From: Paragordius varius
Taxonomy: Eukaryota; Animalia; Nematomorpha
NCBI GenBank assembly: GCA_964247055.1
Contig: OZ176051.1
Location: forward strand, 12,834,001 to 12,898,000
Length of the DNA: 64,000 bases
Reading direction: 5' to 3'
Part shown: positions 39,234-50,928 of the stretch, in pieces
Position numbering within the stretch: position 1 is the stretch's first letter
Layout of the letters: each line of letters starts with the position of its first letter
Program-made: the position numbers and the translations under genes
The notes under the pieces: generated by a model
Told to the model about the DNA's origin: nothing
The model's database searches: none
Seen by the model: only the letters and a program-made list of their open reading frames with translations

Positions 39234-41067
39234 CTAAGTTGCATGAATAATTTTTTTTGTTATAATTTTAAAAAAAGTACTTTTAGAAGCAGTTTGGCAT
39301 TCTTGAGACACCAATTTGATTTCATGCAGAAAATCCGATTTTTTTAGATATATTTTGTCGTATTTGGATATTTCTGTTCTGGAACCACTTAGTATCAATT
39401 TATTATTGTCCATGTAGGTTTTAAATTTAGTCAGGTTTTCATAAGAAGGGCCAAGAAGCTCAACATCTTTCAAATTCCATCCAAGAGTTGAGAAACTAAC
39501 TGTATTTTCACACTGATAGTATTTCCGAACACTTTTCGCTAAAATATATATTATATTATATTAAGCCTAATTATTTTATAATAACATGAGGTTTGTAGAT
39601 TTTTAATTTTTTTAGTAAAAAAATTTATTTAATTATATAACTCATCGTTTAATATACGTTAATAGAGTTTTCTGAGACCACTAATACCCAATAAAATAAC
39701 TTGACAAAAAGTTTGTAGATCATGTTTTTTAATCTTTACGATTAATAAGTATGCACCGGAATATTTATTTTTTGAAATGGAAAAGATGTTTAATATAAAA
39801 AAAATTAATAATTAAACTTACTTAAACTTCTGGGTATATATTTAAAGTTTCCAGCTTTGTCCCACGTTCCTGGATAAATAATATATAGTCTAAAGTTATT
39901 TTTCTAGTTAAAAACAAAAAGAATTGCCTAATTTTGAGATTAACACACTCGCCTACCAAGATTCAGAGTGATGGAAAAATTGTACACTTAATTATAAACA
40001 TTTGACATGTAAAATTTTTAAATAAATAATGAATACCATCAAATTTAGTTTTCCATCTTCTATATACATTATAATTCACGGAAAGGGCTAAATACTCATT
40101 AGGAATCGCTGTAATATTAGCTTGAATAGAGCCGTTGAATATTAGATCAATTCTACTAAAACTAAAAAGGTTTATTTCACACGTTTTTGCTAAATTTGGG
40201 TCATCGAACAAATCGGAACAATCTTCCTCAAATATAAATCGTCCATTGTAGGTCTTGTACTCCGTCAAAGGGTAGAAAATATTTACAAGAAAGTTAGTTT
40301 CTTTACCATCTATGATAATGGTCCAAGGTCCAGCATAATCACATTTACCAGGTATATTAAAGATTAATTTTGTTTTGTTTGACACTTGAAAGGGCACTTT
40401 TTTTCCATATTTGGTGGTTATTTGAATGGTAGGGGGTGTGTTTGAATTTTTAAGAGGTTGCCAAAACTCAGCTATATCGATTTCACACTTTTTGATCTTA
40501 TTTGGTGATATCTCTATCCCTATATTTACTACAAATCGAAATACATTGCAAAATATTAGATATGAAAAATATATAAATAATATCTATTAATATTGATAAA
40601 TTAGGCAAAAAACGTAGTGTGTAAGGATAACACATATATTGTTATTATTCAATGATATTTAGCGAAAAGCGGGAATTACAAAATATATTCATCTTTCGCC
40701 TATGAATCATACGTAAAAAATTAACACTTGCACAATGTACGAGTTTTATAATATTAAATTTATTACCTTGAAGAGAAATTTTTCCACGCCTTACTGTCAC
40801 ACCGTTTTTCAAAACGGAATAAGGGCCATCAACTAAATTCAATTTAGCCGTTATCTCTTGATCACGAAATTGGGAATAATTAACATTAGGGTAGTAAAAT
40901 GTTCCAGACGCAAAATTGACAGTTATGTTAGCTCGACCTTGATACTCATCAAGAAGTTTATAATAATATTCTTCATCATATGTAGCCCAAATATCATCGG
41001 GATTTAGTTGTTCCTGAGCTAATATACTGTAGAACCCAAATAGGAAGAAAATTGGTAGTAAAATCAT
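39234..41067 (-). CDS. Orphan secreted beta-rich protein, ~405 aa, 5 exons (may extend further 3')
   Basis: complement(join(41067-40767,40528-40037,39986-39949,39903-39822,39538-39234)). All junctions GT-AG and phase-consistent, linking three track ORFs. Signal peptide MILLPIFFLFGFYSILA and N-glycosylation sequons (NIT, NYS, NKT, NGS, NFS, NLT). Exons 3-4 and the 3' end are less certain. Confidence 0.7.
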
Positions 41068-41901
41068 TTCAAAAAAATTAATAGCTTTGATATAATTCTT
41101 GGAGGTCTTATATAGAAATGCTTAAAATTAAAAATGTATCCTACACTATTAAAGGAGATAAAACAAATATTATTAAAATTCGGAAATTTGCAGGCTACTA
41201 AATAAATATTTTTGAATTTTTTTTAAACCAAAGCCTAATTTTTATGTGTTTCGACAAAAACATTATGTTAAACTCGTGCATAATATGTTAGTTTTGTAAA
41301 ATGTCAATATTTGCATTAAACCAAAACAACTTGCTCGGAAGTTATAACGGTAAAAAAATAAATTCAAATAATGTATTTTATCTGGCTAAGCTTACAATAT
41401 TAAATCTGGTTTAAACACGATCGCCAATTTAAAATTGGATAACTCAAAGTTTTTATAGTTAATTTAATATATATAAAAAAGGAATTAACTGTATAATTTT
41501 AAGTGATTTGAAGAGCATGAAAGGGAATCTTATAGAAGGTTCACGAAAAAATAATTAATTTTGCGAAAAAAAATATAGGGATACACTGGTAATTTTTCAT
41601 TAAATAATGCCAACAACTATATCTTTTATTTTAAATAACAATAAAATGCCAAAATTTTACCTATATGTGGTATTAATTAATAGCTTTTAACTTTTAAATT
41701 ACCCACTGTAAAAAAGGTTTTTGAGCCAACCCACAAACTAGTTAGAATTTGGAATGTTTTCAACTTTAAGCGATTATAATATAAGAAATTAGGAACTTAT
41801 AAATATAATTCGGCATATTATCTGATATCAACATGAGCATATATAAATAAATAAAAATCCCATTCTAAGTCTAACTAGAATTATACCATTTACAAAGCAA
41901 C

Positions 41902-42175
41902 ACATCAAGTAAAGGCAACATAATAACTTTCAAACGCAACATTTTTTGTAGTTAACTCAAAAAATTGTCATATAATTTGTTTACATCAAGTAAAGGCAAC
42001 ATAATAACTTCCAAACGGAACATTTTTTGTAGTTATCTAAAAGAATTGTAATATAATATGTTATATAATATAAAAATTTTCTTGAAGGGCAAAAATAATG
42101 TTGCGTTTAAATAAAAAATTTGTTTTTGCTTGAAAAGTTGTATGGATAGAAAATGTAGCGGTTAAAAAAATGTTG
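41902..42175. repeat. Small hairpin-type repeat with an internal 2x ~80-bp tandem duplication; related copy ~56330-56410
   Basis: ACATCAAGTAAAGGCAACATAATAACTT.CAAACG.AACATTTTTTGTAGTTA occurs twice (41902, 41983). The inverted motif AAACGCAACAT / ATGTTGCGTTT occurs here and at 56351-56397. Confidence 0.6.
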
Positions 42176-43049
42176 CGATTGTTAAGACATTGTTGATTTT
42201 TACCTAATAGTTAAGAATTATATAATTTTGATGATAATGATTACATATTCGTTTTTCTGAGTCAAATGCAGCTTAATTAATGCACTATAAAATGTGATTT
42301 TATAATATATTTCGATACTGTGTCAAAAATAAACATATCTTATTTTATGCGATATTCATCAAAAATAAAATTGAATCGTTATCATTTTAAAATAAGGCAA
42401 ACGTTGGCCTAAGATTTTAATTTATATATAACATCATCCTTTTAAAATTTTCTCTAAAATGTTTTTAATTTTATTGCTCTTTTTTGTGTCATAAGACTCA
42501 CAATAAGCGTTAGCTTAAATATAAACTGGCTTATCCCTCTGCTTTCAAGGGTAATGGGGTCAATGATTAATTGCCTTTAATGTTGGTATTTTAATTCGCA
42601 TGTGCTCAAACAGTTATGACTCAAATTGCCAACAGACAGTACTAAACTCATTATTGTTTATTGTAAAAAAGATATCAATTTCATTTTTTTTAGATTTTAT
42701 GCCAAAAAGCAAGACAATTTTTGATGCTACTTTTATAAAAGAGTTACAAAAAATTTATAAATCAATTATTAAAGAAAAACGATATATATAACGCCGCCCT
42801 CTAGTACCTTGCACAAAGAGTCTGGGGATCTCTTATGCTTACACACATTTTGTTCCCTCAATCACTCATATGCAACTCAAACTCTAATTTTCAGTGTAAT
42901 AACTTTACATTTTAACTTAAGTGAAAAATAATAAATTGATCCATTTGCAAAATAACAATATTTTACCTATTATTTCATCGTATACTTACGATATACCAAT
43001 ATTGAGGGCCAAATAACTTAATTACAATAAAAACATCAAAGTCAATTTC

Positions 43050-44750
43050 ATTCTATAATATTGATTATGTTGGATATCCCTTAGTTTATATACAAACTCT
43101 GGGGCATTTGAGACGATTCGACCATATTGTAAGATATCTGTGCAAGTTCTTGGATTAAATGAGCTGTTATATTTTTAATCTTATCTAAATATCGTAGCTT
43201 AAGCATTCCAAGTTTTCTGGCCCCTTCAACGGGCCTAACATGGTCGCTTTTTCTTATATATCGGCTCTTATCACATGTCGGAAAAATATGAGTTGAAAGG
43301 TATGAATTTTCTGAAGTAGGTTAGTTTGGGTTTAATATGTAGTAATATTTTTAATTCTATCTTTTGCTCCTATTGTATACCAATATATCTATAGGTCCAT
43401 TACTCAAATGCTTTTACTTTGTTGTCATCGGTTTTTGTAAGGGTCCATGACTTACAGCTATAGTGCATTACTGGATTATTGATCTATTATACGCTTTTTG
43501 ATGGAATTGGGAATTTTTTTGTTTTTTGAGAATAAATTTAAGTATGATTGTTTCATTTTGTGCCATTGCAGTTCTCATGCTTTGCCTGTTGTAGAGGTGC
43601 CATTTATTGAAATAGTAACCTGAGATAAGTTATGTTGTTCTGAATTTTTTGTTTTTAAAATTCACAGTAGGTCCTCTTTTGTTGCGATAAGAAATGCGTC
43701 ATCAGCTAAACGCAAGTTATTGATTGTCTCGCCTCCTATTTTGATGTCTGCTGAGTCATTTCTATTATTTGTGTGATGTCATGATATTATTTAAATAGCA
43801 AAGGTGATAGTGTACTGTCTGACCCTCATTTCTCTATTTATTGTTTGGCTGGGGCCTGCTGAAACTCGTATAACTGCTTTTTCATTTTAAAGATTGTTAA
43901 GATTTAATAATATGCAGGGAAAATCCTCTTCACCCATAGTTTTTCATGTATCACCCTATCAAATGTCTTGCAGTAGTTCAGGAAGGGAAAATATTTTTGT
44001 TGTATTCATTTGCTTGTTCTATTATGCGTTTTATATTAGAGATGTAGTCTCGACAACTTTTGTGAGTCGGAAACCAGCCTGTTATCAGATATGGAGTACT
44101 GTACCAATTCTCTATGCTCATTTGGATTATTTGAAAAGAATTTTGTTTATGTGAGTTATGAGCCTAATTCTGTAATTATCGCAATTTTTTACTTGACATT
44201 TTTTTATATATTGGTATGAATTGATTTAGTCCAGTCTTAAGCCATCCACAATTTACACTTTTGGCCTAACTTGGTCATGATGGCAGTTGGTTTTAGGACT
44301 TCTTTCAAAATGCGTCCATCCTGGGGTTTTGTTCTTAACGATTAGCAATCCCGTATTCAATTTTTGTTTGAGTTATGCTGGGTTCTGTTAAATGTGGAAT
44401 AATTTGTGATGTATTTGTTTTAGAATTTGCTTCAATGTATTCCTTGTTACATCTTGTTGTTGGTTAGCTGATTCCTTCAATGTGATTTATTTGTGATTTT
44501 TTTGGGTTTATAATGTATTCATATAGGGAGATGCTCCTTTAGACAATCCGTTTCAATTTTGTGGCAAGTATTTTATGCCTGTAAATGTTGTAATTTTTTT
44601 TTGTTTTTGAATATGCAATTGAGTGTTTATAATCGTACGAGTTTGAGCGTTGTTAGGGCCAATTTTTCCTTTTCTGCAATTAAACACAGTGGGCTTAGTT
44701 ATTTTTTCAGATTTAGTTTTTAAATGTTCTTTGCAGTTTGTATTTAATAT
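43050..44750 (-). mobile_element. RTE (BovB-like) LINE remnant, RT to C-terminus
   Basis: Minus strand INNLRLADDA (RT YADD box) at ~43695-43725, and FFRHVIRADI*EKATMLG / VEGARKLG..RYLDKIK..ELA at ~43130-43300. Decayed. Confidence 0.8.
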
Positions 44751-46043
44751 AAAAATGATATATATATTTATTTAGTATAAAAAAAAAACTGAATAATATA
44801 ATATGATCTGCGTGTTACAATGATTCCTTATATACATTAGGAAATTTGGTTATTGCATTCACAAGGATAAAGTTGTCTGATTTAAACGTTGTTAAAGATA
44901 ATAAGTATAAATAAAATAATTTGCATTCACAACCAAGGTAATATATATTTTTAACGTAACATGGACAAAAGTGTATTATGCACTAAAAAAGAGAAGGATA
45001 ATTTGCGTATGATAATAACCCTTTTAACAGTATTATAATTTTTTTTAGTTTCTTATTAGTTCAGACGTATATCTTTGTATGTATCATGCAAATACCGTCA
45101 TAAATTATCCATTTATATTTGTGTTATTTGATATCATGTATATTACCTTCATAGAAAATTGTATATATATAACCCGATTTTTCTATTAAATGTATTATCA
45201 TTGTCTAATACTATACCACATCACTTTTGGTATTATAGAATACATTTATTCACAAAAAATATATTGAATTGTACATTGACATTTTATTTGACAAAATTAA
45301 TAAAGCATTAGGCAGTAAATGTTTGGAGTTTTCAGTGATTGTTGCATTTCTTGCTGATCCGAAAACTTTTATTAAAATAATACTTATAGTATTCCATATG
45401 AAAATTATACCTAATTTTTTGGAATATTAAAATTTGATAGCCAATAATGATTGCGTGAAGGTTAAATATGCACATTCACTCTTAATTTTTAAATTGAAGA
45501 GAATAATATTTGCAACCTCAAATATTCATTTTAAGTGAGCGGAGCTGTTTATTATATATAATATTACATAAACATATAAATTTATTTTGATTTAGATCGT
45601 GTTTGACCAGATGTTTAGTAAGTTTAGCCACTAAAAATAATATTGTATTTTGTAATTCCGTTTGCTACTGTTCGAACAAGTTGTTTTCGTTTAAGGCGAA
45701 AATTGGATTTTTTACCATACTTAGGCCCGAGATATTTTTATCAACATAGATATATAGAAAATTTAAGCTTTGGTCCATTATTTAATAATATTAATCTAGT
45801 GTCCTTCTATGCTATAATTGGTTGCCAAATTTTAAATTATTTATCTCAACTGTATTTTAATTTTTGAATTCTCTAACCTACCACTTACTCCTAGTGAATA
45901 TGTAATTGAATTTAGCAAAATTTGATGATATATAGACATAGCTGTAAGAAATAACTAGAAACTTCAGGAGCTAAGATAACTGTCAATTTTGCTTGTGGAA
46001 AATTACTTACGATAGTAATAAATAGATTTTTTTCAAAAGCTAA

Positions 46044-46303
46044 CAGGGGTGACACACAATTAGCTTCGCGGACGGCATGCTTGCATCAAAAATTTGACGG
46101 GCCAGACAAAATATATGGGCATTAATATAAGAGTGCACAAATCACTGTTTATTTTAACAATATTAGCTAGATCATTGCCAAATTTTTGGGTAGATTTTTT
46201 CAAGAAAATCACTTATGCTTAGATCTTATAAAATGTAATTGAAATTTTTGGCGAACTCCATAAATATTTTGGACGGGACGTGCGGCCATGTTAGATACTT
46301 CTG
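46044..46303. mobile_element. hAT-type MITE (CAGGGGTG terminus)
   Basis: CAGGGGTGACACAC...CGCGGACGGCATGC...GACGGGCC and the end GTGCGGCCATGTTAGATACTTCTG. No TSD. Confidence 0.55.
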
Positions 46304-46383
46304 AATTTGGGTAATCTGATCATATATTAGCCTACTTTTAAATCGGGGTGAAATATTTTATTACATGATTAGTTTTATTTTTT

Positions 46384-46517
46384 TGTTACTTATGTATTAA
46401 TACGACCGTTTGTGATGCGCCTCTTACACATAAATTTACACTAATAAACACTATAAAACAACAATCAAATATTTTTTTCCATATCAAAAAATCACAACAG
46501 TAGGATCTACTTTAACA
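46384..46517 (-). repeat. Probable 3' LTR of the Gypsy element
   Basis: On the minus strand a polypurine tract AAGGAAAGAAAGA directly precedes TGTTA, and the segment ends TAACA (TG...CA with 5-bp inverted ends). No partner LTR seen, so the left boundary is inferred. Confidence 0.5.
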
Positions 46518-48390
46518 TCTTTCTTTCCTTGTAACTGATATCTATCTGGACGGTGTCGAATTCGTGTAGGGTATCGCCGTTCTGTGTGAGTGTCAGTGGT
46601 AGGTGTTATGGTGGGTGTTTGGGATGGCAATTCAATGACGCGCTCCAAGGGTTGGGGCGGTATGATCGGAGCTGTGGTCGTGCCAGTAGGGTATCTGACA
46701 CATAGGTCAAGCGATTGTGGTGTTTATTCAGACAAAATTGTCTTTCCCATTCTTTCCCATCTTCCCCTTGTTCTCAGTTGATCGGCGTGTTTTCGAATGA
46801 TTTTGTTACCATCTCGTATTTCATATGGGAGTAATCCGAGTCGATTTACAACTCCTTCTCGCCAACCATTCACTAGTTCATTTTTCATATATATTTTTTC
46901 TTTTTCATGGTATTTATGATTAGGTTGTTTATCGTCTAAGAAGTCTTATTTTAGCCATGTGATTGGAATTGGGGGAGGGGGGGTGTGCGTTTTAGGATAA
47001 GTTGTACAGGACAGGTATTTGTAGCACTGTGGATGTTAGTGCGGTATCCCCAAAGCGTATTATTTATTTTTGATTGTGGGTCACAGTATTCTGCCGACCG
47101 ATAATGTGTTTTAAGAGTATATATCACTAGTTCCACCATTCCGCTCGTTTTTGGATGATAGGGAACTGATGTTACATGTTTAATGTTTTCCGTCATGAAT
47201 TTTTAAAACTGCCCAGATGTAATAAGACAAATTGTCAGTTACTATCATTTTTGGAAATCCATATCGACTGAAACATTCGTACAGGAAATTTAATATATTT
47301 TTGGTCCATATCATTTTCGATAGTTTAACTTCGACCGAATAGCTATCAATAAGAACTATCCAATAAAAATTGTCTATTGGGCCTGCTATATCTAGATGTA
47401 ATCTCTCTATATTGCTGTATTAATGTTCCAATTATATGTGGGATTCAGTTTTCGCATCATCCCACTTTTTTATGTCGCTTTCCATATTGTGCGTTTTAGC
47501 TTAGAATCCCGGGTGTCCGACGTGTAATATTTTGGATATTTACTTTTTGAGATTCGGGAATTATTAATCTATCATGCCAATATAATAACCGTACGTAGTT
47601 TTAATTTGAATTATAAAACTTTGGAATTAATGTAATATTTTATTGGATCAGTTGTTTTTTCTGGGTGCACTTATTACTTACTGGGTCGGTGGTCTGGCTT
47701 AATATGGTTACGATTTATGTTAAGATTATTAACAAACCTTATATGTTCTGCTGTTTGAAGACTTTCTGTGTCTTTTGTGGTTGGCATGCGGGACAATGGA
47801 TCTGCAATGTTTTCGTGACTTGTAATGTACCGTGGATTGTAATGAAATTCGGAAGCTTTATATATCCAACGTAGTAGCTTGGAATGTTTATTTAGCCTAG
47901 TTTACGATTATTTCCAAACAGCTTTGTTAGTGGTTTTTGATCAGTACGCAATTCAAACTTCTTCCCCGTAATAATATTTTTAAAGCGGAAAGTATGGCTT
48001 GTGCTTCCTTTTCTATCACTAAATAAGTTTCTTCGGGTTTAGACCACTTTCTTGATGCGTATGCAATGGGTTTATTTATGCCCTCCTGAGTGGTATGTAG
48101 CAACACTGCTCAGTACCCTTTATTCGAGCCATTTGTTTCAATTATTATAGGAAACTCAGAACGGGGTTAGTTTAACAGTATGGCATATTTAAATTTTTGG
48201 GTTAAAACAGTCCCCGAGAATATTGGTCCATATCCAGGGTTATAACTGCTTAGGTCGTGAAGTACAGAAAAACTTCCTGGAAGCAATAGTGTGTGAAAAC
48301 TTATTAAGCCTAAGAAAGACTTGAGCTTGTATGGCTTTAACTTTATCGGCTGCTGGTGCGATGCCGTTGTTAGATTTAACATATCCTACA
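46518..48390 (-). mobile_element. Ty3/Gypsy LTR retrotransposon pol remnant (RT-RNaseH-integrase order), 5' truncated
   Basis: Minus strand, in order: KLKSFLGL (RT thumb), AYASRKWSKPEETYLVIEKEAQAI (RNase H), LHVGHPG (integrase Zn finger), ERLHLDIAGP...IVLIDSYS, FSRYGFPKMIVTDN and VPYHPKTSGMVE (integrase D,D-35-E core). Confidence 0.9.
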
Positions 48391-48451
48391 TAGCTTATGG
48401 GTTGAAAAAGTTTTAGTTTGCTTTTACTTAATTTTAAACCAGATTCTAGAC

Positions 48452-50181
48452 CAGTGGTACCAAAAAAATCTAACGGGCCAAATAAAATATATTTTTTCGA
48501 GGGCCATTAACCATATAATGGCAAATATTCCATAGAGATTTGACACTTATGCACATATTTATACTCTAACTCAGCACAATGAATTTTTTGCGGATTGCAT
48601 GTCAATCCAGCTAAAAACTCGTTTTACACCATTAAAATTAAAAAATTTTGATAACAACATTTATTTTGATATTAACTAATAATTTTTGACAAATTTGGTT
48701 TCGCCTCATGACAATCTTAAAACGTCGTCCATATGATCATCGGTTAAACGATTTCTGTTTGTATTCTTGTCATACTTCATTTTTGAATATGCCGTCTCAC
48801 AGCGGTGTACAAAAGATTATCATAAAGGATATCTTTTAGAAGGTTTTTGTATTTACGGCGGTTGAATTCTTTGCCACGGATGTGGTTAACTATATCCACA
48901 ACCGTTTTAATTACTGAATTGAGTGATCCATTGTGCGCGAAACCAAGTTTTGCTGATGAATAAAGCAGTCAAAGGATAAAATATTTTGCAAATTATGTTT
49001 GTTTTTCAATGAATAAATCATTTGTTTATTCCAATCATAGAGGTACAGCGATCTGTGCAGATCGAAACCAATTATTTCATAGATATACCATTATTATCGA
49101 AAAAAATGCTAATTATTTCGAGAAAATCACTTCCTTACGTGGTATTATTCATTGGTAAAAATTTTAAATATTATTCGTTGATTATGCTGTCGTTGCAAAA
49201 TCTCACGAAGAGCTCACATTGAGGTATTGAACTAATATCAGTGCTAAAATCAATAGCAATACTAAAATAATTGCAGTTTTTCAGAGCCAATGAAGTATTG
49301 TTATAAATATTTAGACATATCTTCTATGCATCGAGCATATGTTGAATCAGAAAGTTGAAGTTTCCTCATTGAACCTTATTATGGAATTTATCAAATAAAA
49401 AACCATTTATTAGACATTTTTATATTAGTTAGGAATCAGTAAACAGTTTCATATTTGTTCCTAAAATATAGCAAATTTCATACGAAGCTAATGTTACAGA
49501 TTTTTCATGGGAGAAAGGTATAGACATAAGAGATATTTCTTTCTGGTATAATTCCTTAATCTTTTTATATTTTTCGTTTCTTTCCTCATATTTTTTTGGT
49601 TAATTTATGAGAATGATGGATTGTAAAATGTCTTTCAATATTGTATTTTATTATAATTATGTTGTCCTTACATATAAGGCAGGTAACAACATTTTTATTT
49701 AAAAGGACAAAGAATTTTTCTTCCCATTCATTTTTAAAGAAGCGATTTTCATCGGATAATTTACGTTTTTTAGCATTAGATGTCATCCTTTGAATTTATG
49801 TTTAAATATTATGTAATTTCCCCCAAAAAATAGGAAATTGAATTATGCTAGATAGCAATGAAAAGAAATATATGCAAGTTTGGATGAAAGGCTCGCATAA
49901 ATAGAAAAAAGGAATGCAAAATTTCAATAGAGAAAAGAAAATAGAATACAGAAACAACGTGTGACAAAACTTTGAAATCCTTTTAATGTAAAAAAAAATA
50001 AAAATTACCAAAATTAAATCTAAAGAAAATAAATTAATAGTAAAGTAAGCGAAAATTCATTTATGTGTATTTAAAAATTCATCTATAAAAAAATAATATA
50101 AGTATCAATATGGTCATAGAGCAATTTTAAAGCACTCTTAGGGCCGCATGCGGCCCGCAGGCCGCGGTTTGAGTACAACTG
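48452..50181 (-). mobile_element. hAT transposon remnant, Charlie/SPIN (GTF2IRD2-like) type, internally deleted
   Basis: Imperfect TIRs CAGTGGTACCAAAA / GTTTGAGTACAACTG, with the left flank TTCTAGAC fitting the Charlie NTCTAGAN target. Transposase pieces MTSNAKKRKLSDENRFFKNEWEEKFF...CLICKD...KYNIERHF, CFIHQQNL and VVDIVNHIRGKEFNRRKYKNLL...LLYTAVR. Confidence 0.85.
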
Positions 50182-50928
50182 ACTTACAGTCTGCGTGGAC
50201 CTGATATGCATTTTTTTGTTCGCCAAACCTCCGCATTCGAATCGAAAATAGATTCTATTTAACTATTTGGGTTGAGGACCCTTAGAGCATATACTAATTA
50301 AATTAGCAAAATTGATCGGTAAAAAGTATTTATTGTTAAGATTCAATATAAAGGGAATTTTCTTGATTTAAGAATATCAAAAATATTGCGTTATTGTGAA
50401 CTAAATTATTAATAGTTCCCGGACAAACTGTAATATAATGTAGCTACGTATCGTAATCCAATTACAATAATAAAATATCCAAATATTGTAGACATGATTG
50501 GATTAAAATTGTATAATTTTCCTATATTTGAATTGATGATTTCATAACGCATCTGAGACATGGCAACACTGGCCACTATCATTGTGCTACACTAAGAAGC
50601 ACCATACAAAACTATCAAAAAATTATATACAATCGTTGATCAATCGAAAAAAAAAGTTTTTTTCGCTTTTACGGTAAAAATCAAAATTATACGGATCAAA
50701 CGTGAAAAGATAAAGACAAATATTTTTGTTTCACAAGACTGCGGTGTATTTTTTAATTTTGATTTTTTAATGATGTTTGATAAACAATCAATGATATATA
50801 AACAATTGTAATCAAATGATTTAAATAAGAAAAATTACGATTAAAAAGTTTGGTTATCTTTTGAACAAAAAAATTGTCTTTATGTTTTTTTGTTTTTGCC
50901 TGTATAATATCAATTCTTACGCACTTAC

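Noticed and set aside
46590-47874. Plus-strand ORFs 46590-46781 and 47665-47874
   Set aside because: Antisense shadows of the Gypsy pol remnant.
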